Below are positions 12,401 to 24,290 of a DNA stretch of 64,000 bases, piece by piece. The stretch comes from Paragordius varius (taxonomy: Eukaryota; Animalia; Nematomorpha): contig OZ176057.1 of assembly GCA_964247055.1 (NCBI GenBank), forward strand, positions 310,001 through 374,000, in the 5' to 3' direction. The notes under the pieces were generated by a model. It worked only from the letters and a program-made list of their open reading frames with translations. It searched no databases and had not been told where the DNA came from. The translations under genes were made by a program, and so were the position numbers. Each line of letters starts with the position of its first letter. The first letter of the stretch is position 1.

Positions 12401-14483
12401 TTTTAATTATTACACTGTTAATAAATGCAAGCTTATTCATTTTAAAGCAAAAAAAAGGTAGAAAGTATAAGTTTAACTCATTGTGTGAAAAATCCATAAT
12501 TTTGAGGAGAGATATGGTATGTATGTTTGACTGTTTATTAATATCATCATCAGAATTATTTTGGGTTAGATTTTTAGCGGAAGTGGTGTTTATAATATGC
12601 AAATCCCCGTTAGAATCCGCCACATATAAAAAAGTCGACCCAGGTGGTATCTTAGAGTCATGAAATGCTAAGCTGCTTGTAATTTTTGGGCAACAATTAT
12701 TCTTAGGAAAAGCAACTGCATTTTTACCATATCGATATTGGATTCGAGATTTTGGTTCAGGTTTTTCCATTAAATCCAATTGATTAACAACTTTCCTAGG
12801 GAAAAAAACAATCATATTTTAGAGTTGCACAGAGTGCGGAAAAAAGTGTTTATAAAAATGAAGAATCAAGTGATAACATACTAAAAAAAGAGTTATTTTT
12901 ATTTTATTAACCAAAAATAAAAAATGGCATTTTTTTCGCACAATAGGTCACATAAAAATAACACTAGACAAAAAAAACTTTAACGAAATCCTATTTGTAA
13001 ATATAAATTCATAAATATACTCAATTCAATGTTTTTAATTAGATTTTTATATTTTTAGAGGGTCATTTAAAGAGACCAGGATATAAGCTAATATTATGCG
13101 GTAAAAGATTATCGCATGAAATTTACCCAATATATCGCGTTAAAAGATAATATTTAGCTTATATGATAACAAATCTTGATATTTTATTCAAAAACCAAAG
13201 TATAGCTGCAAAAATTCAAAATTGTAATTAATTAATGATTTCCATGGTATAAAAACATGCATTGTCTCAAATCCTTTGATTTATAGAGTTTTTATAACCA
13301 ATGTTGGGAGACGATCTAAAGATCATACACATCAATACATATTCTCATGCAATCAAACACTATCCAATCATTTAATTCTTAGATAAAAACACTAATTTTC
13401 ACTATAGCTGGGCAATCGACAGTTGTATATGGAATAAAATAAACAAAGTTATATATTAGAAAGGGAGAAATCGTTTATTCAGTATTTTGTTGTTTTTTTC
13501 CATACATTACTGTAAATATTCAGGTATATAACAAAATATGAATTAAAACTTTTAAACCCTAAATTAAAACCGAGTCAATCATTTTTTTGTGCATTTTATA
13601 GGAAAAATATTTATATATATAATTAAAATCATTTTTGGGGTGATTTCGGGTAAACTTAAATATATGATACAATAAAAAGTGAAATTATACGGACAAAACG
13701 TAAAAATATAAAGGAATATACTTTTTATAATGGAAAACATATACTTTATTTAAGCCATTTAGTTACAATAGTAAAATATAAAAATGATTATGTTAGATAT
13801 ATATATATATCTCTATTCCAGATTTTAATATATAAAACAATGAGTTATATTGATATAAATCAATATTTAAAAAATATGGTTGCCTTTTAGAAAAAAATAT
13901 TTGTCATTATATTTTTACATTTTGTCCGTATAATTTCAGTTTTACTGTAATAAAAATTAAAATGTTTTACCGCATAATAGCAAATAGAAAATTTTATATG
14001 TGGGATTTTTAATAAATTAATAAATGTAGTACTTTATAAACCCTCTAAAAATTGTAAAATTTTCATCGAAATATTTTGCTCTTAAACCATCTTTATGGAG
14101 TATTTTGGTTATAAAAAAATTTTGTTGACACGCCTTTCTCTAATTAAATAACCTAATGTGCGACGAAAATGCGTTTTTTGGGGTTATATAATTTAAGAAA
14201 AAAAAATTTTTTTATAAAAAAGATAGCCTTTTGCGAAAAAGCAATGCATCTGCAATTCCTAATTATATATGTTTCACAGTTGTAATGCTATTATAAAAAG
14301 CGAATAAATATTGTTTACTTTACGAAACTCTTTTTAATATTTGCGTGTTGTCTTAAAAATTATATTTTATTTCTTGTTCCAACTATTAGGTCAATTCAAT
14401 TTAATTGTTAAATTATAATATATAAATTCGAATTAAGTTGTTAGTACAATTATAAAAATGAAACATAAAAAGTAATAAATAGT

Positions 14484-14541
<58 letters not shown>

Positions 14542-15742
14542 GAAAAAAAACGGATATTTTTTGTAATTTTTGATAATCCATTCCATTACTGATATAATTT
14601 AATTAGTTTAATTAGAATGCTTGAAAATATGGATGTTTATGCTAAACTTATCTTAAATTAAAACATATTTAACCTCAAATCGTATATATATTCGATGAAA
14701 AAACAAAATACCTGATGGGCACATTAAAAATATTCAACAATTTCAAGATTGGGCACTCGTTGGGATTTTCAGAATGGCGATCAAGAACACAAATCTCATA
14801 ATGATAAATGCAGTTGTTTGTTCCAACAATAAAAACTTCATTCTGTTCATTATTATAATAAAATATAAAATTTTGCATTGGCTTATATTACAGTTCGAAT
14901 TCATCCTTGAACAATTTAAATTCACCATCACCCTCGAACAATTCAAATACCCACTAAAATTAAATTATGTGTTATCGAACCTTAATATAACTCATTATTA
15001 ATATGAAACATATCTTTATGGCATAGTTTATTGTTTTTTCAGTATTTTAAAACAATATTTTATTTTTAAAAAATATTAAAAATATAGGCAATTTTTAATC
15101 TTAAAAAATATATAATTATTTAAGGGTAAATTTAAATTGTAAATGGCTTGTTGTTATTTTTATCTTTTCATTATAATTATGTTACTGGCAAATTTAAATG
15201 AAAAAAAAACTAATGCATTTTTTACAACGTATTAATTATAATGTGATTTATGGAATTGGTTTATAAAGGAGTTATGTCTAATAATCATTCAGAATATGTC
15301 GTGGAAAAAAGCAATTCTTATCAAAGACAGCAAATTTTTTTATATTAAAAAAGGAATTGAAATATTAAGATACCATTTTATCCAAAAAATCAATTTAGGT
15401 CTGTTTAAAATTAAAATAAAACTTATTCCAAACATAAACAAAATAACTCTTTAAAAAATGTAGATCTTCTAACGTTAAAAAATTCACATATATAAATTAT
15501 TAAACAATTGCAATGTTATAATTATAACCTTTAAAGAAACTAAACAAATCATTGTTACACCAACTGAATCTGCAGGTAAATATGTTTCTATTTGACGACC
15601 ATCAAGATATCTAAAATAGTAATCAAAAAAGTTACATTCTAATAAGCCCATCTTTAGTGCCAATCACCAATAATTTTGCTATTGCATCATATTCAAAAGC
15701 AGATGGTTTTAATGGATAACCGACATCGCCATCAAAATTAAA
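446..15742 (-). CDS. Lethal(2) giant larvae / tomosyn (LLGL/STXBP5) family WD40 protein, multi-exon; both ends unresolved
   Basis: Phase-compatible GT-AG exons: 15742-15636, 15610-15529, 14842-14712, 12795-12478, 12023-11777, 2680-2305, 2223-2172, 1668-1385, 1229-1128, 689-446(?). Family motifs occur in the correct order: GYPLKPSAFEYDAIAKLLVIGTKDGLIRI (cf. GFPYQPSALAFDPVQKILAVGT), FLYVADSNGDLHIIN (cf. WLYVGTERGNIHIVN), YGPIWP, LLTFVGGLPK (cf. FSGGMPR), LSILTEEEY (cf. LAVLLEEEL), LPCLHSSAITS (cf. LAPLHSSAITC), ICITG (cf. LLLTGHE). Lgl versus tomosyn cannot be decided without the C-terminus. Confidence 0.85.
3331..3440 (+). repeat. Subterminal array, 6 x ~20 bp (CGGACAAAT core)
   Basis: CGGACA at 3332, 3352, 3371, 3391, 3411 and 3431. 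Confidence 0.9.
4970..5360 (+). pseudogene. Decayed, internally deleted paralog of the element's own transposase, in opposite orientation (mirror at ~9431-9821, -)
   Basis: AATGCCTTTAAAAATTTTTATGTGCGAAAACAGTTACTGATTAAGCCTATGGATCGCAATAAATTAGAA...GTTTTACAGTTTTTTTACAG aligns to the transposase's TGCTTAAAAAAAATTCTTTTGTAAGAAAACAGGCTCAGATTGAGCCTATAAATCGCAATAAAATAGAA...GTTTTACAGTTTTTGCACAG. Similarity upstream of ~5190 is weaker. Confidence 0.7.
5453..6393 (-). pseudogene. IS630/Tc1-family transposase, left copy, split into HTH ORF (6181-6393) and DDE ORF (5453-6154)
   Basis: MSRSTIYKY...KKSGRKPK (HTH and linker); YMDETG, ILDNAPIH, FLPPYSPQLNPIE (DDE). An in-frame TAA and a -1 frame offset at an A8 run separate the two parts. 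Confidence 0.9.
6787..7040 (-). CDS. Mirror copy of the candidate 76-aa passenger gene
   Basis: Reverse complement of 7751-8004; intron 7002-7024. Confidence 0.55.
7751..8004 (+). CDS. Candidate 76-aa orphan passenger protein (Ser/Pro-rich, basic RQRKR, hydrophobic C-tail)
   Basis: Exon 7751-7766 (ATG GAT CAC ACC TAT G), 23-nt intron 7767-7789 (gtaaaatttaatttcacctttag), exon 7790-8004. Product: MDHTYDFYDDCTENRSIIRSPSFSPSSPSSSICSENNQDDTIRQRKRIYISNYIIFHNTIVLALVSFCVFMRHNFL*. Confidence 0.55.
8398..9338 (+). pseudogene. IS630/Tc1-family transposase, right copy (ORFs 8398-8610 and 8637-9338)
   Basis: Proteins identical to the left copy, with the same TAA (8608-8610) and TT-A8-TTC (8641-8653). 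Confidence 0.9.
11314..11423 (-). repeat. Mirror subterminal array, 6 x ~20 bp
   Basis: Reverse complement of 3331-3440. Confidence 0.9.
13670..13947. mobile_element. 278-bp MITE (CAGTAAAA family), TA-flanked
   Basis: Left TA|CAATAAAAAGTGAAATTATACGGACAAAACGTAAAAATATA; right end reverse-complements to CAGTAAAACTGAAATTATACGGACAAAATGTAAAAATATA, followed by TA. Confidence 0.85.
14487..14534. repeat. (AT)n microsatellite, ~24 units
   Basis: Seen directly. Confidence 0.95.
14881..15147. mobile_element. Degenerate MITE related to 61-293
   Basis: Repeated TTCAAATTCACCCT-like motifs at left; AAGGGTAAATTTAAATTGTAAATGGC at right. Confidence 0.5.
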
Positions 15743-16169
15743 CTGAAAATCGTGGGGATTTTCGTTTTGATGTGTTTTTTGTTGTTTTAATACCTTTAAC
15801 AGCTGAAGCATGGGTAACGTGCATGTATGGTAATATTTCCACAGGACGAAAATTTAATATTGTACAAAAATTTAATATTAGAATATTTTGTCCTATGAAT
15901 GTTAAAATATAGTTAAAAGAATAAATCATATTAAACATCCACTTGCATTTTATACCACCATTTTTGAAAAGATATTAATACATTAACGTAGCATTATTAT
16001 ATTATTGAAACTATAGTTTGCACTCCTAAATAAACATATTATTTCAACTACAATAGCTAGGCTACTTAATTTTCTGCTATATTTATGCTGTTCAATTTAT
16101 CAGTAATTAGCAGGTAGATTTTCTATACCATACTTTTAATTATCTAATAACGGTAAAAATAACCTCTAT

Positions 16170-18135
16170 CAATGGTACTCAAACCGCACCCGCGGGTCGC
16201 ATGCGGCTATAATTGAAATTGCCCTATGTCCATATTGATACATAAATTTATTTTTATTTATGAATTTTATAAATACACATAAACGAATTTTTGCTTATAT
16301 CAATAATAATTTATTTTCTTTAGATCTATTTCGTAATTTCTACTTCTTACCCAATTTGAAATGTAGCCTACATAAAATGATTTCATAATTTTGGCACACG
16401 TTTCTATTTTTTTCCTATTTTTAAATTTCTATTGGATTATTTTTTTGTATTTCAGCAAGCTTTTAACCCAACCTGCATATACATATTCTTTTCATTGCCA
16501 TCCCTCATTTTTTATAACTCATTCCCATAATATATTTTTCAAATCAACAAAATTTCGACCTGTTTTATAGCATAATTCACACTATATTCCTATTTTTTGC
16601 AAAAATTACATAATATTTAAACATAAATTCAAAGGAAGACAGCTAATGCTAAAAAAACGTAAATTATCCGATGAAAATCGCTTTTTAAAATGGAATAGGA
16701 TGAAAAAAATTTTTCGTTTTTAAAAAAAATATTGTTACCTGCCTTATATTCAAGGACAACATAATTATAAATTGGAATATTGAAAGTCATTTTACAATCC
16801 ATCATTCTCATAAATTACCAGAATATCATACGGAAAGAAACGAAAAAATATAAAAAATTAAGGAATTATACCAGATTATTTTTATAGCTTTCTTCCAGGA
16901 AAAGCTGTAACATTAGCTTCGTATGAAATTCACTATATTTTAGGCAAAAATATGAAACCGTTTACTGATTCCCAACTAATTAAAGAATGTCTAATAAGTG
17001 GTATCATTTAATAATGGGATATCTTTGAAAATTGGTTTCGATCTGCACAGATGGCTGTCCCTTTATTAAACGAAGGATTTATCCCCTTTCGAAAACAAAT
17101 ATTTGAAAAATATTTATTCAACAGCAAAACTTGGTTTCGCGTGTGGATGAATCACTCATTTCAGTAATTAAAATTGATGGATATAGTTAACCTAATCCGG
17201 GAGAATTCAACAGCCGTAAATTCAAAAAAACCTTCTGAAAGATATGCACAGTGAGTTTGATGATATTTTGTACACCGCTGTGAGATGGCTAAGCCTTAGC
17301 TAAGTATTGAATAGATTTTTTGTTTAAGACAATTCTATTATTTATAAAAGATAACATATTGATGAGGAATTAATAGTGACAAATGGTGGGTTTTATTAGC
17401 CTACCTTTGCAACTTTACTTATAGACTCAGTCTTAATATAAGATTTTAAGAGAGCAAAATAATAACCCAATTTGCTAATCAAATATTTACTTTTGAAGAA
17501 AAATTAATAATGTATAAACGAGATTTTATAAATAAAACACTCCTATATTTCCAACAGTTAAAACGATTCATTAAGAAAATATGGAATTTACTGCGGAGAT
17601 AAATTTTCCTTTAGCATTTTTATCTAATATGAAATTCAGATTTGAAGAAAAAATATTTAATATTCCTTAAAACTCGTAGAAAATCCATGGTATGGATATA
17701 TCCAATATTAAGCAACTGTAGTGGCTTTGATCAGATGCATATCATCGAAGAATTCGTAGATTTTAAAAATGATTCCGATTCAGAGGCTATATTCAAGGAG
17801 AATCGTAGCGAAAAAGGATGCATGGTTTTGGCAAGATGTACCAAATAAATGTGCTCAAGTTATCCTAACTGTTTTTCTCCCAAGTTACCCATGGACGGCA
17901 TCTTCAAAAATAAGGTATCTCAAGAATACATACAGAAATCGCTTAACCGATGATCATATGGACGACGTATTAAGAATGGTCTGTCATGAGGCGAAACCAA
18001 TGTCAAAAATTATTGGTTAATATTAAAATAAATGTTGTTATTAAAATATTTTATTTTTTAAACCAAATGGTGCAAAACGAGTTTTTAACTGGATTTACAT
18101 GCGATCCGCAAAAAATTAATTGATTAGTATCTTTA
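16170..18135 (+). mobile_element. Decayed hAT element (Buster/Charlie/SPIN, GTF2IRD2-like transposase)
   Basis: Charlie-like 5' end CAATGGTACTCAAACCGCACCCGCGGGTCGCATGCGGC. Fragments ASYEIHYILGKNMKPFTDSQLIKECL, SICTDGCP, VRWLS and SKIRYLKNTYRNRLTDDHMDDVLRM (dimerisation domain); many stops and frameshifts. Confidence 0.85.
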
Positions 18136-19499
18136 TATGTGTCAATGCTCTAGATATTTACAAATGTTAAATGTGGGTGATTTTTTCCATGATGTGCCTT
18201 TAGGTGTGATTTTCATGTAGTTTCAGTAATCAGTAGAACGTCGGGTATTTTGAGTTGTTTGGTTTACAATCAAAGTACGGACACAAGATTGATTTGGATA
18301 AAGTTGAAATATTAGGTTAAGAAAACGATTCCAAAAGATTAATATAAAAAAGTTACTATGCAAATAAAGAAAAAGTTAAAACAAAAAGCAATCATTCAAA
18401 TAGAATAACGAACTTTTTATATACAATTATCATATTCATAATTTGATTTAATTTTAATTATTTTTATTAATTTTATTTTTGTTTAATTTAACACAAATGA
18501 TTCTATCCAAAATTCATTTATTTTTTTTGCTGATGTTTGCACAAATTTTACTAGGATTATACTGTTTTTATGATGTCTTTATACATGATTTTTTTCAAAA
18601 TATGTTGTAAAAATTGGATATGAAAGAGTTTGCCTATGTACCTCTATTTTTGAGTAATAGTGAGAATGTTTAAAAAAGAAATTGTTCATCGTGACCAATA
18701 TTCTATTAGGGGCAAAGTTAAATTTGTCAGATGTTAAATATCATTATTATTTAAAAATTCGTTTTAATCATTGGGTTTGAAAGAGTTTCCAAAACTTTCT
18801 GTGTATTTTGATGTATACCTTGGGAAATGTAAAAATAAATTTGTCCAACGGTGGCCAAAATCGGATTTTTAAGGGAAAAGAATTAGTGTTAGATTACCTG
18901 TGTTGTTTTTTTTTTCAGATTTTTTTTGAATCGTTGAAAAAATCTTATATGGTATCAAACTATCTGTATATTTTAATGTAGTCTCATAAAATAAATTAAT
19001 ATAATTTATTACCATTTAGATGTAGTTTAAAAAAATATACATTATAACATTTAACATTAGATGTTATAAACCATAATTTTGGTAAAAATTAACCATTATA
19101 ATTGGATCGGTTTTATGTATGTTGATTAAATCACATTTTTCTTGACCTCCTATTTTTTTCTCTCTTTTTGAGATCTCACATTACTCATATCCTCATCAAT
19201 CTCAATATTATATATATCATTGGGTGATACATCCTTAAAATTGTAATTATCTTTATGTTTTTCCAAGATATATATTTGAGATGTTTTACATTTCTATCCC
19301 CTCAGAATTTCTATAAAAAGATTACTGCTTTCAAATTTAAATACAATAAAACACATTATTTTACTTAAATGTGAAGACAAACAAATTTCCAAAATTACCT
19401 TGACATTGGAATATATATTCCATCAAGATCTTTTTTGTGTGCACTGTGTAAAAATTTGCCCAGGATACTAACTCAAATTATTACCTGTTATAGTAAAAT

Positions 19500-20330
19500 A
19501 ATGTAATTTGGAAAGAAAATTCATTATTGTTTTAAATATTGTCCATCGACTCCACACATTTTGGCCATCTACATGAATACCATGGCAGAAATTTGTCCTA
19601 TGCAGAAAACTAAGCAAGCCATTTTTCAATGTCTTTGAAATTATTTGAGTGCTGCTAAAAGAGTGCTCCATAGATTCAAAGTTGTATTAGTCTGGGCGCC
19701 AGTACAGCGAGGCATAGCCATGAAATTAATTTGCTTTGTTTTCATGAGTGGTTTTAATTAAGTATTTGTTAGCGATAGTGTTGTGTATTAACACGGGCTT
19801 ATGTCCCCCAGACACAGAGTATGGTTTTCTTGCTGAAGCCATTTGGTTTTGTTTTTATGGTTGTTAACCCAAAATCCTTATTTTTTTGCTTTCTATTTAC
19901 AAAATAAAACCATCATTCATCAGCCGTTCTAATTCAATGCAAAAATGATTTTTTCGTGGCGCTAAAGCAGCATTTCTTTGGTCTAGTGATTTTCGATTGT
20001 AAGTGTATTCAAATTGAATGGAACCCGTTTATCGAATATATAATCCCTTCCATTGCTTGTATACATTTATTGATTGTTTTTTGTTATATGTGGAATACAT
20101 TTGCCAATTGTTGTTATGTTTGAGTTGGGTCATCATTCAATAACTCTTGCATTTTATCCACTTTTCAGTTGGCTGGTCTACCAGAGCTTCAAATCTCTTG
20201 CAGATTAACAATTATTTATGTTTTCGAAACCATGTTTACTTAATACGGGAAAGCATAATAACCATATGTTTCTAGCAGATGACTATTAATACATTTTTCT
20301 TCTGATGGCAAAACGTGCCGTAAAAGCACT
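19500..20330 (-). mobile_element. Decayed mariner (Mos1-like) transposase
   Basis: Fragments QELLNDDPTQT, RVPFNL, KPNGFSKKTILCVW and ESMEH...WPKCVESDGQYL match Mos1 motifs (LLDEDDAQTQ, WVPHEL, RPNRFGKKTMLCVWW, WEKCVASDGKYFE). Confidence 0.85.
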
Positions 20331-21399
20331 AAATTTGACATGATCATTGAATGATAACAGCAAGTTTTTAGTGAACTTAAATTTTGGGTGTTTTTTTGTA
20401 GTTCAATATGAATGGGGTCTGTATCAATTGATTCTTTTAGTTACACCAATAACAAATAAATGTATCTACTACATATTTCTTCGAAATATTTTTATAACTC
20501 TGTATTTTATGCACTGTGGTAGAATCAAAAATTTGGATAGCTTAAAAACCCAAACAAACAGCTTATTTTAAATCAATAAATTTTCAAAAAGTTGAAATGA
20601 TGGTTGAAAGTTGTTTAAGTTAATGTTCAAATTTAACCATTATATATTCTTTTCCAGTAGCGAAAACACGTAATGCAGAAAGCGAATTAAAATTAGGATT
20701 TTTATACAATTTTATATTCAAAAATTTTCTTAAAAGAATGCGCATTTCACATTATATGTTAAGGTCCATATCGTTGCGTCATATAAGGGCTATAGTTATA
20801 ACTTTAGCCTAGAATGTTATTTGAAGAAAAGCTATGAAAGCTATTCCCATGCTCACCACACCACGACCCATCCAAACTATTTTTGGATTTTGTTATATTA
20901 ATTTTTTGATTTGATTGATGCATAAAATTTGTATTTTCATTTGGATTATTGACGGCGTTTGATAATCGTTTTCTCAATGTGGATGATATGTTAATTGAAT
21001 ATATAAATAATAGGACAAGAATAAAGTTTCTTATAATTGGAGAAGAAAACATCAACTATTTCATGCTTTCCCATTCATGTTGCTATCAATCCAATACGTC
21101 TTTTAACCCAATAAATTTCCCTTTCTGCAAAAAGAATTCCTATATCACTTTCTTCTGAGAATTTTTTTTCGTCTTTCTAGCACGGGTTGATATAGAAACA
21201 TGCAAGTTCCCACATAAATTAGCGTTTATTGTTTCCTCGCAAAGTTGATTTGAATATCTAATAATTATAAAGTTAATAATTAAATGTCCTTAAATTTTTT
21301 ATTATTTGTTTTGGGATTTGTGAATCTATGTTGAACCCTATTTATTCTTACAATTTGATGCTGGAAACAAATTAATTTTATAAAATTTTAATTTAAAAT

Positions 21400-21700
21400 A
21401 CTCCGAAGTAAAACGGTCATTTCTTGTTAGTATTTGAAGCATTTATATTTAAATCTTCTAATAGCTCTATCAAATCAACCATCCCTCAACAATGGCATTA
21501 ACAACTTAAATTCTAGCGCTCCAGGTTTCAAACTCACGTTTATAGTTTTTTTAGTTTTTAATAGGCCCATCTAATAGGTGTAAGTGAAAAATAAAGGAAT
21601 TATTCCAAAACAAGTCTACAATAACATATTGCTTTCTAGTGACTCCTACTGCAATGAATCCCAACATTACAGATCATTATTATCCATTGAGATTGATTTT
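21400..21700 (-). mobile_element. Fragment of ZMYM1-like hAT transposase, same family as 35587-37193
   Basis: Minus-strand GAGTTTGAAACCTGGAGCGCTAGAATTTAAGTTGTTAATGCCATTGTTGAGG aligns to 36945-37000 GAGTCTGAAACCCGATGGCGTGCTAGAATTCAAGCAGTTAATGCCATTGTTGAGG. Confidence 0.75.
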
Positions 21701-22089
21701 GATATATGATTTATAAGTTGATTATATTATTTTTATTTTATATGTTAGTATTTCCTATCCCAATGTGTGGAAAAGTCCGGCAAACAAAAATGGTACTGTA
21801 AAGTATGGAATTTTATTTTATACATATTCCCGAAAAATTAATTTATTTCCAATATTTATTTTATCAATGAGTTTAGTATAGATGGCGGTATTCATTTAAA
21901 TTGGATAAAAGAATTAATATTGTTAAGGAAATTGCGTCGGTTTTTTAGGTACTATAAAACATTATTAATGACGGATAGAATATTGTGGTCATTTTTATTT
22001 GGTTATGGTAAAGTATTGTTGTGGGATGGCGGTTTTATAAAAGAAAATATTAGCAGTTTGTCTTTAGTTACTATACAACACTATTAATG

Positions 22090-22190
22090 TATTATTTGAA
22101 TTCCCTGTTTGGACGATAATCTGTAGGATCTAACAAAAAATAAGGGTAGAAAATTAAGTTTTAAAATATAATTACCTAACTCCACATGTT
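22090..22190 (-). pseudogene. Old relic of the kinase intron 43443-43395 and the start of exon 43394
   Basis: GAGTTAG|gtaatt...tttgttag|ATCCTACAGATTATCGTCCAAACAGGG (ILQIIVQTG) versus kinase GAGTCAG|gtatta...tttgttag|ATCCTAAAAAAAATAGTGGCAACAGGG (ILKKIVATG). Confidence 0.5.
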
Positions 22191-23799
22191 TTGACGAAGC
22201 GTGTTTCATAGCCCATCATTGTTCAAAAAGCACCATTTTTTGATAGCTAAAGTTTTTTAAAGGGTTTAATTTTAGAGGGCTTAGTCTCCATAGGCGCATT
22301 CAGAAAACAATAATGATAGTAAAGTATTAGAATGATTTAAACTAGAAAGTTTATGAGCTTCCATTTATACAAAACCAATTTGATGGGTGGACTAAAACTG
22401 AGGGACTATTTCGAAAATAGGGTCTAGTCCCTGTCGGCGCATTAATCTATGATTGAATTTTCATTTTGGAATTAGAAACTTTTTATTTCCATTAAACAAA
22501 GCATCTTTATACTTAATATAAATGAAGCCGAACATTAACTACCCTTATTCTATACATACCTAAAGTGTTTTAAGTTAATTATATTTTTTCATACGAGGTT
22601 GGGAGTTGTATTGATTTGAACCGGGTAAGATTGAAATCAGCCATATTTTAAACATTAAATTTATAATAATATTTAACTGGAAAAGTGTTTAAAACGCCCA
22701 TGTTGGTGACTGTAAGGAGATGATGTGTTGCATTATCATTTGAAACCGTAAGTAAATGTTTTATTTTTAACGAGAAATTATGTAAATATTTATTTAACCG
22801 AAACAAAAGTGATGGATACCGTATTCAAAATATACCATAAATATAATTGTTTTTACCATTCAGAGTAGCGTATAAAAATTAATAAAACTTAGATCGTGTA
22901 AAATTAAATATTCATTTTAGCTATGAAAATACAATCATAGCAATAAAGTTAACAATTAATTTCATCATAGTAGTTTTATTTGAGTTTTAACGATTTTTAA
23001 TCAAGAATTTATAGTTAAATTAAAATTTAACTTCATAATTGCTCGTTGTAGACAAGCTTAAAAATTAAAGTTATCAAAATATCGATTTTAAATTGTATCA
23101 AATTTATGTTTATATTGTCAGCTATTATACTAAATGATGTATATATGACGTGTTATAATTGATTGTTGATTATTTAGTTAAATTTGAAAAAATGCATAAA
23201 ATAAATCATTCAATATTAAAAAATCAGCAAGAAACTTTAACGATAACCTCTATTGTTACCCCAATTGAAGAAATATTCTCTCTTTTGAGAAAAATGATTA
23301 TTGTCAAGAGAAATATAGATAATCCAATGCTAGCTTTTAAATTAAGAAATCATAATCCTTTAGTTTGGTACAATAGATATAGATCTATAGCCAGTCGTAT
23401 GACATCCCGTATATGATGAAGAAAACTCAAAACATTGGTTTAATTCCGGGGGCTTCGGAACTCGCCGCCACGAGTTTTTGGGCCCCCGCGAATAATTTGA
23501 ACAAATACTGTACATATGCAATTCAATTAAAGCATCAAATGAGGATCGAGATTGCGCTTTATACTTCAAATCAGGGGTGTCCAGAAGTCGCCGCCACGAC
23601 TTTCTAAATACCCCGTGAAAACAAAGAAAAAAACCAAATATAAACCATATTATCCGCAATAAATAATATACGTAGAAAAATAAATAGAATATAAACCAAT
23701 TCATTGAATTTTTTTTATTTTTTCTGATCTCTCAGATATAATTGAATATGCTAGAAAAATTGATTGTCTTTTGCAGAAAACCATATGTTCTATTTAACG

Positions 23800-24290
23800 T
23801 CTTTATTATTTAAGCGCTTCTCTGCGAGGGTTTGTTTCATTGATACGTTTATATATTAATCAGATGGCGTTAGGTCAGGAGAATGCGACACATCGCGGGA
23901 TTTTAAAGTTAGGTTTCACCTGCCATAACATAGTCTTATTGCCCAGATGTGATTTTTTTCTGGTAGGATTTATAGACACAACACATCTAATTTGGTGCCA
24001 TAAAAATTTCGTCTCGTAGGGTTAAAGAAAAATTTCACTAGTCATTTTGTAGTTTCCGAGTGTTAGAATTAATGGTTTTTCCTATTCTCGTAGATTATAT
24101 ATTGTTTTTGATATATGTAATGATTCTACCAATGATATTAAGGTTGAGTGGGATATCATCCAATAACTCTTGCACTCGATCGTCTTCGCAGCTGTTTGAT
24201 ATAGCCAAGTTTGAACTTCACATTTTAAAACTTTTGTTTTAATCAATACATGTTGGCTATATGATCCTAACGGCAAATGATGATTTTAAA
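23800..24290 (-). mobile_element. Decayed, internally deleted mariner transposase
   Basis: EDDRVQELLDD, and HSPDLTPSD...KQTLAEKRLN (cf. YSPDLAPSDY...HALAEQRFD). Confidence 0.75.

Noticed and set aside
23159-23416. 85-aa ORF as a host gene
   Set aside because: TSIVTPIEEIFS...KRN weakly resembles a hAT dimerisation-domain remnant; too weak to list as a feature.
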